From Hormoscilla sp. (GTDB taxonomy: Bacteria; Cyanobacteriota; Cyanobacteriia; Cyanobacteriales; Desertifilaceae): 43,379 nucleotides of DNA. The stretch lies in assembly GCA_051439505.1 (NCBI GenBank), contig JBFRWI010000058.1, positions 1-43,379 of the forward strand, written 5' to 3'. The notes below the pieces were generated by a model, which did no database searches, had not been told where the DNA came from, and saw only the letters and a program-made list of their open reading frames with translations. A program made the position numbers and the translations under genes. Shown here one piece after another: positions 28,505 to 37,934 of the stretch (position 1 is the stretch's first letter; each line of letters opens with the position of its first letter).

Positions 28505-30486
28505 TCCTGCAAGCGCACCAATATCACATTAATGCCCGTTTCATTTTTGGAAAGCAGACTGGAAGAATCGAGCAATTGCTGAAAAACCTGGTTGTAAGGC
28601 GCAAACTCAACCTCATAAGGCAGGTCGAGTTCTTGCATCCAAAAGTCAAGGGATTCTTGCAAGGGTTCCGCCGTGAAAGTAGCGCTAACAGCAATTCTTT
28701 CAACAAGTCTTTGTTCGTAATGCCTTGTTTTTTTAGGTTCGGACGCGACCCGGGATTTCTTTTCTTCCAGCAGTTCGACCAAACCCAGATGAGTATTGAG
28801 AAACGCGACCAATCGATGGTTAAAAAGCGGGGCAGGTTTGGCTTCGGAAACTACCACGGCTCCTTTGGCAATGAATTTTTCCATCATCAGCCAAAAATCT
28901 GTCACCTCGTAGCAAACATGGTACAAGCTGATGCCTCGATTTAATAAAGACTTTACTTGATTCCCGGCAACCAGTTCTATGTCAATGTTGTTGTTAGTCT
29001 TAATTAAGCAAACCTTGGCATCTTGGTATTTATCAAAAACAATTTCGCCGATATCGGTGACATCATAAATCTCTTTCACATATTCGATGCCAGCTTCAAT
29101 ATTCTCACAAGCGTAACCGTTATGATGGAATTTGAGTTGTTGCTTGAATTGGGCATCGGGGATAATTTGTAATTCCCGAACTGGCACCGAATGCGATCGC
29201 AGTATTTCTCCTAACAAAAATTGCAAGCCAAACTGCAAATGTTCGATGTCATCAGCCTCAAAAAAGCTCTGATTATAATCGAAATAGATATTGACATCAT
29301 CGTGATGATGAAATTCTTCAATGGTAATAAAAAGCCCATGTCCTTGCGGGTAAAAACCGTTAGCTAAATACACGGAGTGACTCGGATTGCCGTTAAAACT
29401 CACATCGTAGTCAAGCTTGGCATAAGATAGGGTGACATCAAACAATGGTTGTTGGTTGCCCTTCCCTCCAACTTCCCGGCTAATTTCGCTTAAAGGAAGA
29501 TGTTGATGTCGATACTCCTTGTGCAGTTCCTTGCTAATCTTTTCTAGCAATTCGGCAACGCTCAAGTCAGTGCCAAAACGAAACCAAGCGGGACTGACAG
29601 ACATGAACATACCAACGGTCTTCTTAAAAGCGACTGTATTTCGATTGAGTAGGGGTAAGCCAATGGTAAAATCCTCCCGATGACCTGTCCGTAAAAAATA
29701 ACAATAGAGTGCGCCTAAGATGACATGGAAAGGGGAAACTTTATGGTTAACAGCAAACTTGGCTATTTGGTTATAAAAAGACCGTTTGACGCGCAGGGTC
29801 GAGCGTTGACTGGGAATGGTTTGACCCTGAAATTGTTCGGCATAGCGGCGTAGTAAAAGCGGCTCGGGTAGTTCGCTGTATTTGTCGTGCCAGTATTGTC
29901 GATCTTTGGCAATTTTTGCCGAGTTGGGGTAGGTGCGATCTTTGTGAATAAAATCTTTGTAACTATAATATTGTGGTTCAGACTTTTGTTCGCTAACCAA
30001 TGCGTTATAGGCACTGGCAATCCGTTGGACAATCATAGAAAACCCCCATCCATCAACGATAAGATGATGGGCTTTGTGAAAATAGTAATAACAATTATCC
30101 GCTGCTTTGCATAATGCGATTTTAAACAATAACTCCTCATATAGTTGGAAAGGCTTGACAAACTCTTGTTCCATCCATTCGATCGCCGCTTCGCGAGCAT
30201 TTTCCTGGGTGGAAAAATCCTGGAATTCCAGAGTTATGCGAACATTTTCGGCAAAAGTTTGTGTGGGCAATCCTTCCCCCGCATGAATAATGATGCGGAG
30301 TGCATCGTTTTCGGCAATAACTCGATTGATGGCTTTTTCAAAAAGGGCAGGAGCGATTTCCCCCTCTATCCGCGCATAACCCCCGATATTGTACAGGGGC
30401 ACATCCGGGTGCAGGATTTGGTCGAACCACAAGTCTAATTGAGGAGAAGATAAGGGGTAATGATTGTTGGTTTGACTTAAATTCAT
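28432..30486 (-). CDS. NRPS, upstream part: condensation domain-VOC (glyoxalase/epimerase-like) domain-start of FkbH N-terminal domain
   Basis: LSSPQ, YNIGG, HHLIVDGW; FHHNGYAC, IELV, LYHVCYEV, LVELLE; IAVSATFTAEPL and FAPYNQVFQQL. Confidence 0.88.
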   Translation of the reverse strand: MNLSQTNNHYPLSSPQLDLWFDQILHPDVPLYNIGGYARIEGEIAPALFEKAINRVIAENDALRIIIHAGEGLPTQTFAENVRITLEFQDFSTQENAREAAIEWMEQEFVKPFQLYEELLFKIALCKAADNCYYYFHKAHHLIVDGWGFSMIVQRIASAYNALVSEQKSEPQYYSYKDFIHKDRTYPNSAKIAKDRQYWHDKYSELPEPLLLRRYAEQFQGQTIPSQRSTLRVKRSFYNQIAKFAVNHKVSPFHVILGALYCYFLRTGHREDFTIGLPLLNRNTVAFKKTVGMFMSVSPAWFRFGTDLSVAELLEKISKELHKEYRHQHLPLSEISREVGGKGNQQPLFDVTLSYAKLDYDVSFNGNPSHSVYLANGFYPQGHGLFITIEEFHHHDDVNIYFDYNQSFFEADDIEHLQFGLQFLLGEILRSHSVPVRELQIIPDAQFKQQLKFHHNGYACENIEAGIEYVKEIYDVTDIGEIVFDKYQDAKVCLIKTNNNIDIELVAGNQVKSLLNRGISLYHVCYEVTDFWLMMEKFIAKGAVVVSEAKPAPLFNHRLVAFLNTHLGLVELLEEKKSRVASEPKKTRHYEQRLVERIAVSATFTAEPLQESLDFWMQELDLPYEVEFAPYNQVFQQLLDSSSLLSKNETGINVILVRLQDWTKSTDKAIMQAEIEENVRNFAL

Positions 30487-30936
30487 TTTTCAATATGCTA
30501 TTTTCACAGTTTCTGATTACCGCTTTACTTTTCTTGAGAATTTGGTGGCGGGGAACCGTTAGGGTGCCTTCGGTGTAGAGACACCTTCTCCCCTGCCGTT
30601 TTCTAGTTCCAATATCGACTATCTTTCTTCATCTTGCCAATATTTCGCTCGATAAAAATCTGTCTTAGGGTATATTTTTGAATGGTTACTGGGTCATGGT
30701 ACCGGTCAGGAGGCATGGTAAGCAAGTGGACAAAAATATTTACACATTCGGCAGCGATTTCGGTGGGCGGTGCCCACCCCGGAACTCCTACCCGATCGAC
30801 CCGATCGCACCTCCGAATTGTACTGTGCCGATGGGCGCTCTCCTAATGCTAAAGTGATAATAGACATTTCTACCCTGACAATCGCCATCAAACTTCGCCC
30901 CTACTGACATTTGAGAAACAATAACTAACAACTAAA

Positions 30937-31638
30937 ATGTTAATCTCAATAACTCGCAAGACATTTGAAGAACTGATTCCGACATCTGCTACTGGCAGCC
31001 AGTACCAATATTATTGGGGAAAATTCCCAGATTTTCTCCGACGGATGTTAATTTCAGTCATTGGCGCCGTGATTGTGTTTTTTATACGGATCTCGCCCTT
31101 TGGTCAAAGCCTCGCAATTCCCATCTTTGCTGTTGGCATTACAGTGGGGACTTACTGGCTGTGGGGTCCCATCTTCTGGGCAAGTCGGAGGAATATAATG
31201 TATCGGAAATATCCCTACAGCGGCTTCTGGCAAGGTCGGGTACTCGATGTTTTTGTCACGGATGACGTGATCGGCACCGAGGAAACGGTGAACGATCGGG
31301 GTGAATTAGTGATCGTGGAAAATCGGGAGCGCAGGCTAAACTTGGAAGTAGGGGATTCCTCTGGTTTTCAGTACCAGCTACAGGTTCCCATACGCCGCGA
31401 ATATCGAGCGATCGACGTAGACATGGTGGCCCAAATGCTAGTAGTATCCAATAAACCAGACCTCAGCCGCATTGCCAAGACCTCAGATATCTATATTCCC
31501 AGTCTGAATCTGTGGGTGAGTGACTATCCGTACCTGCGGCGGGACCTGTTTGTCGAAGTTAGTCGGAAACTGCGATCGCGCCGAGACAAAAGCCGCCGTC
31601 GGAGTAGAACATCTCAAGCACGAACATCGATACAATAG
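30937..31638 (+). CDS. Conserved cyanobacterial membrane protein (2 TM), function unknown
   Basis: 233-aa ORF with ATGSQY.YYWG, YWLWGP, GELVIVENRERRLNLEVGD and WVSDYPYL. Confidence 0.8.
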   Translation: MLISITRKTFEELIPTSATGSQYQYYWGKFPDFLRRMLISVIGAVIVFFIRISPFGQSLAIPIFAVGITVGTYWLWGPIFWASRRNIMYRKYPYSGFWQGRVLDVFVTDDVIGTEETVNDRGELVIVENRERRLNLEVGDSSGFQYQLQVPIRREYRAIDVDMVAQMLVVSNKPDLSRIAKTSDIYIPSLNLWVSDYPYLRRDLFVEVSRKLRSRRDKSRRRSRTSQARTSIQ

Positions 31639-31642
31639 AACC

Positions 31643-32272
31643 TTAACCGATACCTGCTGCCTCTTGACCGTAAGCCTGCCAGGCCAGTTCAACCAATCCA
31701 TTAATGATAGCCGCCGCCACCACAGCACTGCCTTTACGCCCTTCTATGCGAATGTGAGGCACCTGGGAGTCATTTAGCCGGTCCTTAGTGACATCCACTT
31801 CCACAAATCCAGCTGGTGCCCCAATCACCAAAGCCGGTCTAATCACCTCAATCTCGATTAGTTCTACCAAAGCTGATAGGGCCGTTTGAGCCTCACCCAC
31901 GATAAATATCCCCTCTGGATATCGTCGCGCCAAGGTTTCAATACCCCAAGCGGCCTTAGTTTTTTCCCTTTGGGGGCGCGTCAGGGTTTCCATGCTGCAA
32001 TAGACAGGGTTGGCAAAGGTGTTCTGGATCGTATGCACGATCCCTACCTGTACCATGGGCACATCTACCACAATAGTAGTGCGAGCCGCCAAGGCAGCGG
32101 CCCCAGACTGTAAGGCTTGGTCGGAAAATTTGATCAGCGACTTATATTCAAAGTCAGCTGTGGCATAAATTACCCGGCGGACAATCTCGTACTCCGCCGG
32201 CGAGAAGCTATGGGATCCTATTTCCCGGTCAATAATTGTCAGACTTTGAGCATCTGTTACGTGCCATTCCAT
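31643..32272 (-). CDS. cobH: Precorrin-8X methylmutase-like protein (CobH/CbiC family, divergent)
   Basis: RRVIYATADF, VDVPMV, RPALVIGAPAGFV and GRKGSAVVAAAIING. Confidence 0.8.
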   Translation of the reverse strand: MEWHVTDAQSLTIIDREIGSHSFSPAEYEIVRRVIYATADFEYKSLIKFSDQALQSGAAALAARTTIVVDVPMVQVGIVHTIQNTFANPVYCSMETLTRPQREKTKAAWGIETLARRYPEGIFIVGEAQTALSALVELIEIEVIRPALVIGAPAGFVEVDVTKDRLNDSQVPHIRIEGRKGSAVVAAAIINGLVELAWQAYGQEAAGIG

Positions 32273-32333
32273 ATAGCGATCGGCTACCAGCTATCAGCTA
32301 TTAGCTTATCAGAGTCTGGAGCTAGTTAAGCAT

Positions 32334-33140
32334 TCAGGTTTCCGATGCGGAAGATTCGCTAATGGTGGGGGAAAGGTAAGCAACCATTAAACCAAGCAAA
32401 AAACCCATCACATTCCGAAATAGGGGCAGCCAATCCGTTGTCCTGGCTATCACTGGTCCTATGCCGAAGGCGATAAACAGGATGCCCCACAGGGGGGAGA
32501 ACATCAAAGCCCACTGCCAGGCAAACAGCTGTCCTGGTTTGCGGGGAATAGCGGCCACACCACAAACCAGTCCGCCAATTACCGAGGTGATCAGGGTGAG
32601 AATCCATTGTTCTCTGGGTAGTCCTGGCACTACTCGACAACCTCCCTGAGACAAGCAAGTCTTGACTGACTCTAGAGATTGAATGATGGATTGGTCTTCA
32701 CCATGATCGCGCACGAAGAACTGGTTGCCGTAACGGGTTTGCAACTCCACCCAGAAGGTCCGAGGCAGGAGTTTGTAGACCTCCGATCCGAGGTTAAAGT
32801 TGAGGATATTGCCCCCTCGTAAGTCCGCAACTAGCAGCACAGTTTTTTCATTCAGGTCCCAAAAATCCGCGATCGCCCGCCCCGGCGTGCGGTCAAATTG
32901 GGTCAAAACTCGCAGTTTCCAGCCTGTTGACCTTTCAAATTCTTCTAATTCGGTGGCCAGTCTTTCTTCTTGTATATCGGTCAGGGTTTTGCCTAAGTCT
33001 ATTATCGGAGTCTGGCCATCGGGGAGTAATTCCGGATTGCTGTATGCACCGGCTGTTTCCGGGGCCTGAGCCCAGATTGACAAACCCAGCACAGCTGCTA
33101 TCAGCGATACTAAAATTCTCTTAAAAAGCTGCTTTTGCAT
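32334..33140 (-). CDS. TPM domain-containing protein with C-terminal TM helices
   Basis: Signal peptide, GWKLRVLTQFDRTPG, FWVELQTRYGNQFFVR and GGCRVVPGLP. Confidence 0.82.
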   Translation of the reverse strand: MQKQLFKRILVSLIAAVLGLSIWAQAPETAGAYSNPELLPDGQTPIIDLGKTLTDIQEERLATELEEFERSTGWKLRVLTQFDRTPGRAIADFWDLNEKTVLLVADLRGGNILNFNLGSEVYKLLPRTFWVELQTRYGNQFFVRDHGEDQSIIQSLESVKTCLSQGGCRVVPGLPREQWILTLITSVIGGLVCGVAAIPRKPGQLFAWQWALMFSPLWGILFIAFGIGPVIARTTDWLPLFRNVMGFLLGLMVAYLSPTISESSASET

Positions 33141-33262
33141 CAGTTTACTCGATCGTTACTTCAACAACACCCAGTCTGAGTCGCGCCTGAAATTCCCAGA
33201 TTTGTTAACGAAAGTTTACACTTGTTTACTTGATTTTAATATTTTTTGTTGTGAGTAACGAG

Positions 33263-33784
33263 TCAAGTTCTCGATTCATCCCGCCGTTCGACAGCTGTTG
33301 GTTGAGATGAATCTGGCTTCGGCAAATATTTACCGTCAGCTGCATAAATGTCTCGGGCAGTTCCAGCCGACAAAGGCAGAGGATCTGCCTTTGTGGGGCG
33401 ATATCGTTTAGCATATTGCTTGCTTTTTGTCAAGGCATTCCAGCCCGCCTTCAGACCAGTCCAGACGCTTTTGGTGGTCACCTGGACTTTTTGTGCTTGC
33501 TTTTTGGCGGTATCGATGCTGTCATCGACTTGTCGGACTACACCAGAGGCACTTTGAACTCCTTTGTGTACCTCCGTAGTCAGATCGCTGATTTCCAGAC
33601 CGGTCAGACGGATAGACTCTAGGGTAGGGGGCAGTTCGCGGCTGAGGGTGTCAAAGAGTTTTTCGGCACTGCGAGCAGCTCTGGCCAACTCCTGTAAGGC
33701 AGGCAGGGCCGCCACTAGCACGGCGGTGAGGCTGACGGCGACCAGCAAGATAGATAGTCCGAGCCAAAAGATGGGGTCGAGCAC
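33263..33784 (-). CDS. DUF948-like membrane-anchored coiled-coil protein
   Basis: DPIFWLGLSILLVAVSL..ELARAARSAEKLFDTL.RELPPTLE. Confidence 0.8.
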   Translation of the reverse strand: MLDPIFWLGLSILLVAVSLTAVLVAALPALQELARAARSAEKLFDTLSRELPPTLESIRLTGLEISDLTTEVHKGVQSASGVVRQVDDSIDTAKKQAQKVQVTTKSVWTGLKAGWNALTKSKQYAKRYRPTKADPLPLSAGTARDIYAADGKYLPKPDSSQPTAVERRDESRT

Positions 33785-33793
33785 AAAATTGAC

Positions 33794-34198
33794 CTACAGC
33801 GAGCGTTCCTGTTCTTGAGAAAAAAGTAAATCTTCGGGAGTGTCTGAGGGCAGTTGTTCGTCAGGCTCGGTTTCGGGATCTTCGGGATCGCAGTCATACT
33901 GGTTAGAGAGTGCTTCCTGTTCTCTGGCTCCGGCCTCGATGGCCACCGCGATCGCGCCTCGGAGTCGTTCGAGACTATCCTCTAAATTGCGCAGTGTTGC
34001 GTGTGTGAGCCGGTCTGCCTGAATTTGGACATTTGCCGAGATATCCTCTGCCAACTCTGGCAGCGCTTGGGCTGATTTTTTCAATAGCTGCCGCGTCTGT
34101 CGTCCGGATCTAGGTGCCATCAGGATGCCAGTTACACCTCCAATCACAGTACCTAACAACAGACCGCTGATGAATTTTCCAGAACTGTTTTTTGACAT
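33794..34198 (-). CDS. YtxH domain-containing protein
   Basis: FISGLLLGTVIGGVTGILMAPRSGRQTR. Confidence 0.85.
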   Translation of the reverse strand: MSKNSSGKFISGLLLGTVIGGVTGILMAPRSGRQTRQLLKKSAQALPELAEDISANVQIQADRLTHATLRNLEDSLERLRGAIAVAIEAGAREQEALSNQYDCDPEDPETEPDEQLPSDTPEDLLFSQEQERSL

Positions 34199-34327
34199 CT
34201 TAGGGCTTATACCTCGCACTCACTTAGATTGATTGGGGACTGCCGTCGGAGGAGAGCACCCCCTTCTAACTTACTTCTATCTTGTGCGAGCGCAAGTGCG
34301 TCTGTTTACAAATGCTACTGAAATATC

Positions 34328-34678
34328 TTAGCGCCCATGCTGTTTATCTACAGCCGGTAGGCGGGACTTGGCCCGTGAGGCCCGCCTACTGGCCCGACGC
34401 CCAACTCCCAACACCAGACTGACAATGGTTAAAATCTGCTGCACTTGCCTGACTTGATTTATGAGATTGCGATACTGCCGCCGCAGGGCTGAGGTGCCTC
34501 GTTGCCCTTTAATAATCCTATCGGGAGCTTTGTGGAGTATAGCATGGGTTTTTTTTTCAGCTAAGATTAACGCATCTGCCACCCGAGAGAGTCTTTGCCG
34601 CAGTCGCCAAACTCGGAAGGCAACGAACAGGCAGAGTAATGATATCAGTAGATTCAGAGCTATGACTATGTAGAACAT
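34328..34678 (-). CDS. Conserved hypothetical membrane protein
   Basis: N-terminal TM helix and basic helical tail; first gene of the co-oriented YtxH-DUF948-TPM-cobH run. Confidence 0.7.
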   Translation of the reverse strand: MFYIVIALNLLISLLCLFVAFRVWRLRQRLSRVADALILAEKKTHAILHKAPDRIIKGQRGTSALRRQYRNLINQVRQVQQILTIVSLVLGVGRRASRRASRAKSRLPAVDKQHGR

Positions 34679-34815
34679 ATGTAGAACATTTTTCACCCTT
34701 ACTGGCGGCAGCAATGTTTTTATATTTTAATTTCCCCGAAGAGTTAATCAGCCCACTGTAACGGAATATGTCAATATTTTCCAGGGGTGGCAGCCTCTTG
34801 GATGCGGACACAGTC

Positions 34816-36345
34816 ATGGTACAATCAATGTTTTATGTTAATCCCGCTACTGGCAATGACAGAGGTGCCGGTAATCAATATTCTCCCTTTAAGACCCTGA
34901 CCAGGGCACTCCAGCAATTGAGTTCCACTACGATTCAACTGGCAGCTGGGATATACGATCGGGCTAGTGGAGAAAGTTTTCCCCTGATCGTGCCAGCTGG
35001 GGTGACGGTTTTAGGGAATGAATCGGGCAAGGGCAAGGGGATTGTGATTGAAGGCAGCGGCAGTTATTTCTCCCGCAGCTTTGGCCGTCAAAATATTACT
35101 ATAGTGCTCGCCGATGATGCCCAATTGCGGGGAGTCACGGTGACTAACCGGGCGGGACGGGGAACGGCGGTCTGGATTGAATCTACGGCCCCGGTGGTGG
35201 CTAACAATACTTTTGCTAATTCGGCCCGGGAGGGGCTTTTTGCTACTGGTACGGCCCATCCGACGATCGAGGGGAATCTGTTTATCCAAAATAACGCTAA
35301 CGGGATGTCGATCGCTCGCAATGGGAAGGGGGAGATCCGTGGTAATGTTTGTCAAGATACTGGCTACGGGATTTCGATTAGGGATGATGCTGCCCCTGTG
35401 GTGCTTGATAATCGGATTTTTACTAATCGATCGGGCATGGTAGTTTCCGATCGATCGCGTCCGGTTCTGCGGAATAATACAATTGAGAATAACTCGGAAG
35501 ATGGTCTGGTGGTAATTGGTGATGCGATCGCGGATTTGGGCAGTCCTCAAGATAATGGTGGCAATATTCTGCGGGGTAATGGTCAATATGATTTGCATAA
35601 TGCTACTAGGAATAAGTTGATATCTGTGGGAAATCAGATTAATCCTACCCGCGTGAAAGGGTCGATCGATTTTGTGGCTGCCGATCTCCCGATCGCCCCT
35701 ACTCCCAGCCCCACTCCCAGTCCCACTCCCACTCCCATTCCCACTCCGCCACCACGGGAAACGGGATTGACAGATATTGCCGGACATTGGGCGGAAGTCT
35801 TTATTGCTGCTATGGTTAGTAAGGGCTTTATTAGCGGTTTCCCCGATCGCACTTTTCGACCGGATCGAAGCATTACTCGCGCAGAATATGCTGCTTTGAT
35901 TGCGAAGACTTTCCCCTTGCCTTTTCAGCGATCGGAGATTTACTTTTGGGATGTTGACCCGGGTTTTTGGGCCGCAGGGGCGATCGGGCAAGCCTCGCGC
36001 ATGGGATTTATCTCGGGTTTTCCCGATGGTTCTTTTCGCCCGCAGCAGAACTTGACTCGCGTCCAGGCGATCGTCTCTTTGGTGAATGGTTTGGGCTTAA
36101 CTGGGGGTAATAGTAATTTACTCTTTACTTATCGCGATCGGGTCCAGATTCCCAGCTATGCTACTGATGAAGTGGCTACTGCTACCCAAAGGTGGATGGT
36201 GGTGAACTATCCTCAGAAGAATATACTGAACCCGATGCTGGATAGCACTAGAGCTGAAGTTTCGGCCTTCATTTACCAGGCATTAGTGGCCACTAACAAG
36301 GCTCCCAGAATTTCTTCTCCTTATATTGTCGAGCCAGACTTTTAA
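34816..36345 (+). CDS. DUF1565 / right-handed beta-helix protein with C-terminal SLH domains
   Basis: YVNPATGND, PFKTLTRAL, GESFPL, parallel beta-helix repeats, (PT)n linker, DIAGHWA..GFPDRTFRP..TRAE. Confidence 0.9.
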   Translation: MVQSMFYVNPATGNDRGAGNQYSPFKTLTRALQQLSSTTIQLAAGIYDRASGESFPLIVPAGVTVLGNESGKGKGIVIEGSGSYFSRSFGRQNITIVLADDAQLRGVTVTNRAGRGTAVWIESTAPVVANNTFANSAREGLFATGTAHPTIEGNLFIQNNANGMSIARNGKGEIRGNVCQDTGYGISIRDDAAPVVLDNRIFTNRSGMVVSDRSRPVLRNNTIENNSEDGLVVIGDAIADLGSPQDNGGNILRGNGQYDLHNATRNKLISVGNQINPTRVKGSIDFVAADLPIAPTPSPTPSPTPTPIPTPPPRETGLTDIAGHWAEVFIAAMVSKGFISGFPDRTFRPDRSITRAEYAALIAKTFPLPFQRSEIYFWDVDPGFWAAGAIGQASRMGFISGFPDGSFRPQQNLTRVQAIVSLVNGLGLTGGNSNLLFTYRDRVQIPSYATDEVATATQRWMVVNYPQKNILNPMLDSTRAEVSAFIYQALVATNKAPRISSPYIVEPDF

Positions 36346-36640
36346 CTTTTCTCCGACTTTCGGAGCGATAGGCAAACGCCCATCCTCCGATCGCAGATTT
36401 CTCATTTTCTCATAGAATACAGAGAGCCTTATATAAAAATTTCACCCTTTTTGTCGATTTTGAAATGATTCAAAATCAATCCAAACTCCGAACTCCCCTC
36501 ACCCCCTCACCCAAAGGAAATGGGCCGTCAAGCGATCGCCTCCACGAGCGCCCAGCTCAACCTTTAATCTGGTGGATATCTTTGCCCTTGCTCATTATAC
36601 CACGGGCCGTCAATCCTGCTAGCAAATCCTATATTAATTT

Positions 36641-36680
36641 CTTTGTAACGATTTGTCAACTTATGTTGCTATTTGTAACA
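36641..36680 (-). promoter_or_regulatory. Phased 10-bp repeats resembling an HLR1 (RpaB/OmpR-family) site
   Basis: Minus strand gttacaaa-ta-gcaacata-ag-ttgacaaa-tc-gttacaaa versus consensus (G/T)TTACA(T/A)(T/A)-N2. Confidence 0.45.
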
Positions 36681-36827
36681 GATGTTTACAGATAGTGTAG
36701 TCGAAGGGGAAAAGACGCAACAATAGGGGAAGCATGAAGTATGCCTTCTATGGATTAGCTGTTGTTAATTAACTACCGGCACATAGTCGGACAGAAAATT
36801 GTGCATCTGTGGGGATTGGATAAGAAA

Positions 36828-37205
36828 ATGAATACGGGAGTTTCAATTTATAGAAATGCCATGGAGCCGCTGGCAATTGAGGAAATTGATCGGCAAATGC
36901 AGCAGTTGCCCCTTCACGTAGCTAATTCAATTAATAAAGCAGATGCGATCGCCTATGCCTTAAATCGCTTGCCGCCTCTATATGCCACGACAGAAGAAGG
37001 ATGGACATGGCAACAGGAACGGGCGCGAGAAACCTTGCAAAATCTCATTTGTCAAGCGGCCAGCTGGGGTCTGAGGGCCGCTCAACGGCAAAGAAAGGGT
37101 TTTGCTACCTGGCTGCAGCAGCCACCACCTTCTCAACAGCATCAGGATGATGCTTGTGATCCCCAAAAAGGAGTGAAAAAGCTTCTGAAATTACTAGCAG
37201 GCTAA
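36828..37205 (+). CDS. ComFB-family protein
   Basis: YRNAMEPL..EEI..Q and DAIAYALNRLPPLYATTEEGW. Confidence 0.85.
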   Translation: MNTGVSIYRNAMEPLAIEEIDRQMQQLPLHVANSINKADAIAYALNRLPPLYATTEEGWTWQQERARETLQNLICQAASWGLRAAQRQRKGFATWLQQPPPSQQHQDDACDPQKGVKKLLKLLAG

Positions 37206-37240
37206 CCAGCTTATGTTAATATAAATATTGGGAGCAAGCA

Positions 37241-37879
37241 ATGACTACATCTACTCCTGATTTCCAGCTGGTCCATCCGTCCGTTGATTCCCTTCCTAAG
37301 CGCTTGCTGGACATTATCGGCTCTCTGGTGGGACTGCTGATCTTAGCTGCTGTCTTCGGGCCAGTGGCGATCGCCATCAAGCTGGACAGTCCCGGACCCA
37401 TATTCTACAGCCAAAAGCGCTACGGACTCTACGGCAGGCCCTTCACAATCTGGAAATTCCGCTCGATGGTCGCAGATGCTGAGGCCAGGAAAGGCCAGGT
37501 TGCGAATGAAGCGTCCGGACTGATGTTTAAGAATGCCTCCGACCCCCGGGTGACTCGGGTCGGACGCTTTCTCCGCCGCAGTAGCTTAGACGAATTTCCC
37601 CAGTTTTGGAATGTCTTGATGGGAGAAATGAGCTTAGTTGGCACTCGCCCGCCCTCTGCTGATGAAGTGATTCACTACAGTCAATATCATTGGCAGCGGC
37701 TCAATGTGAAGCCCGGTATTACTGGGGAATGGCAGGTGAATGGCCGATCGCAGGTCAAGGATTTTGAAGCGGTAGTCGAGTTGGACTTGCGCTACCAACG
37801 AGTTTGGCAACCCTGGTATGACTTGGCGATCGTCGCTAAAACCATTTATGTCGTTTTTGCTCGCATTGGCGCTTGCTAA
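37241..37879 (+). CDS. Bacterial sugar transferase (priming phosphoglycosyltransferase)
   Basis: KRLLDI, KFRSM, DPRVTRVGRFLRRSSLDEFPQFWNVLMGEMSLVGTRP and KPGITGEWQV. Confidence 0.95.
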   Translation: MTTSTPDFQLVHPSVDSLPKRLLDIIGSLVGLLILAAVFGPVAIAIKLDSPGPIFYSQKRYGLYGRPFTIWKFRSMVADAEARKGQVANEASGLMFKNASDPRVTRVGRFLRRSSLDEFPQFWNVLMGEMSLVGTRPPSADEVIHYSQYHWQRLNVKPGITGEWQVNGRSQVKDFEAVVELDLRYQRVWQPWYDLAIVAKTIYVVFARIGAC

Positions 37880-37934
37880 TTCACAAGCATTGCTTAGTTT
37901 TTGTTAATTATCGTCAAATTCAGGATAAAGTAAA

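Noticed and set aside
35011..35991. 326-aa antisense ORF
   Set aside because: Shadow of the DUF1565/SLH gene with no recognisable motifs; the same applies to 3323-3973 and 28429-28944.
36676..36689. NtcA box
   Set aside because: Spacing is GTA-N9-TAC rather than N8.
36695..36765. c-di-GMP-I riboswitch upstream of comFB (gaaaagacgcaa)
   Set aside because: Lacks the GGCAAA element and the paired P2/P3 stems.
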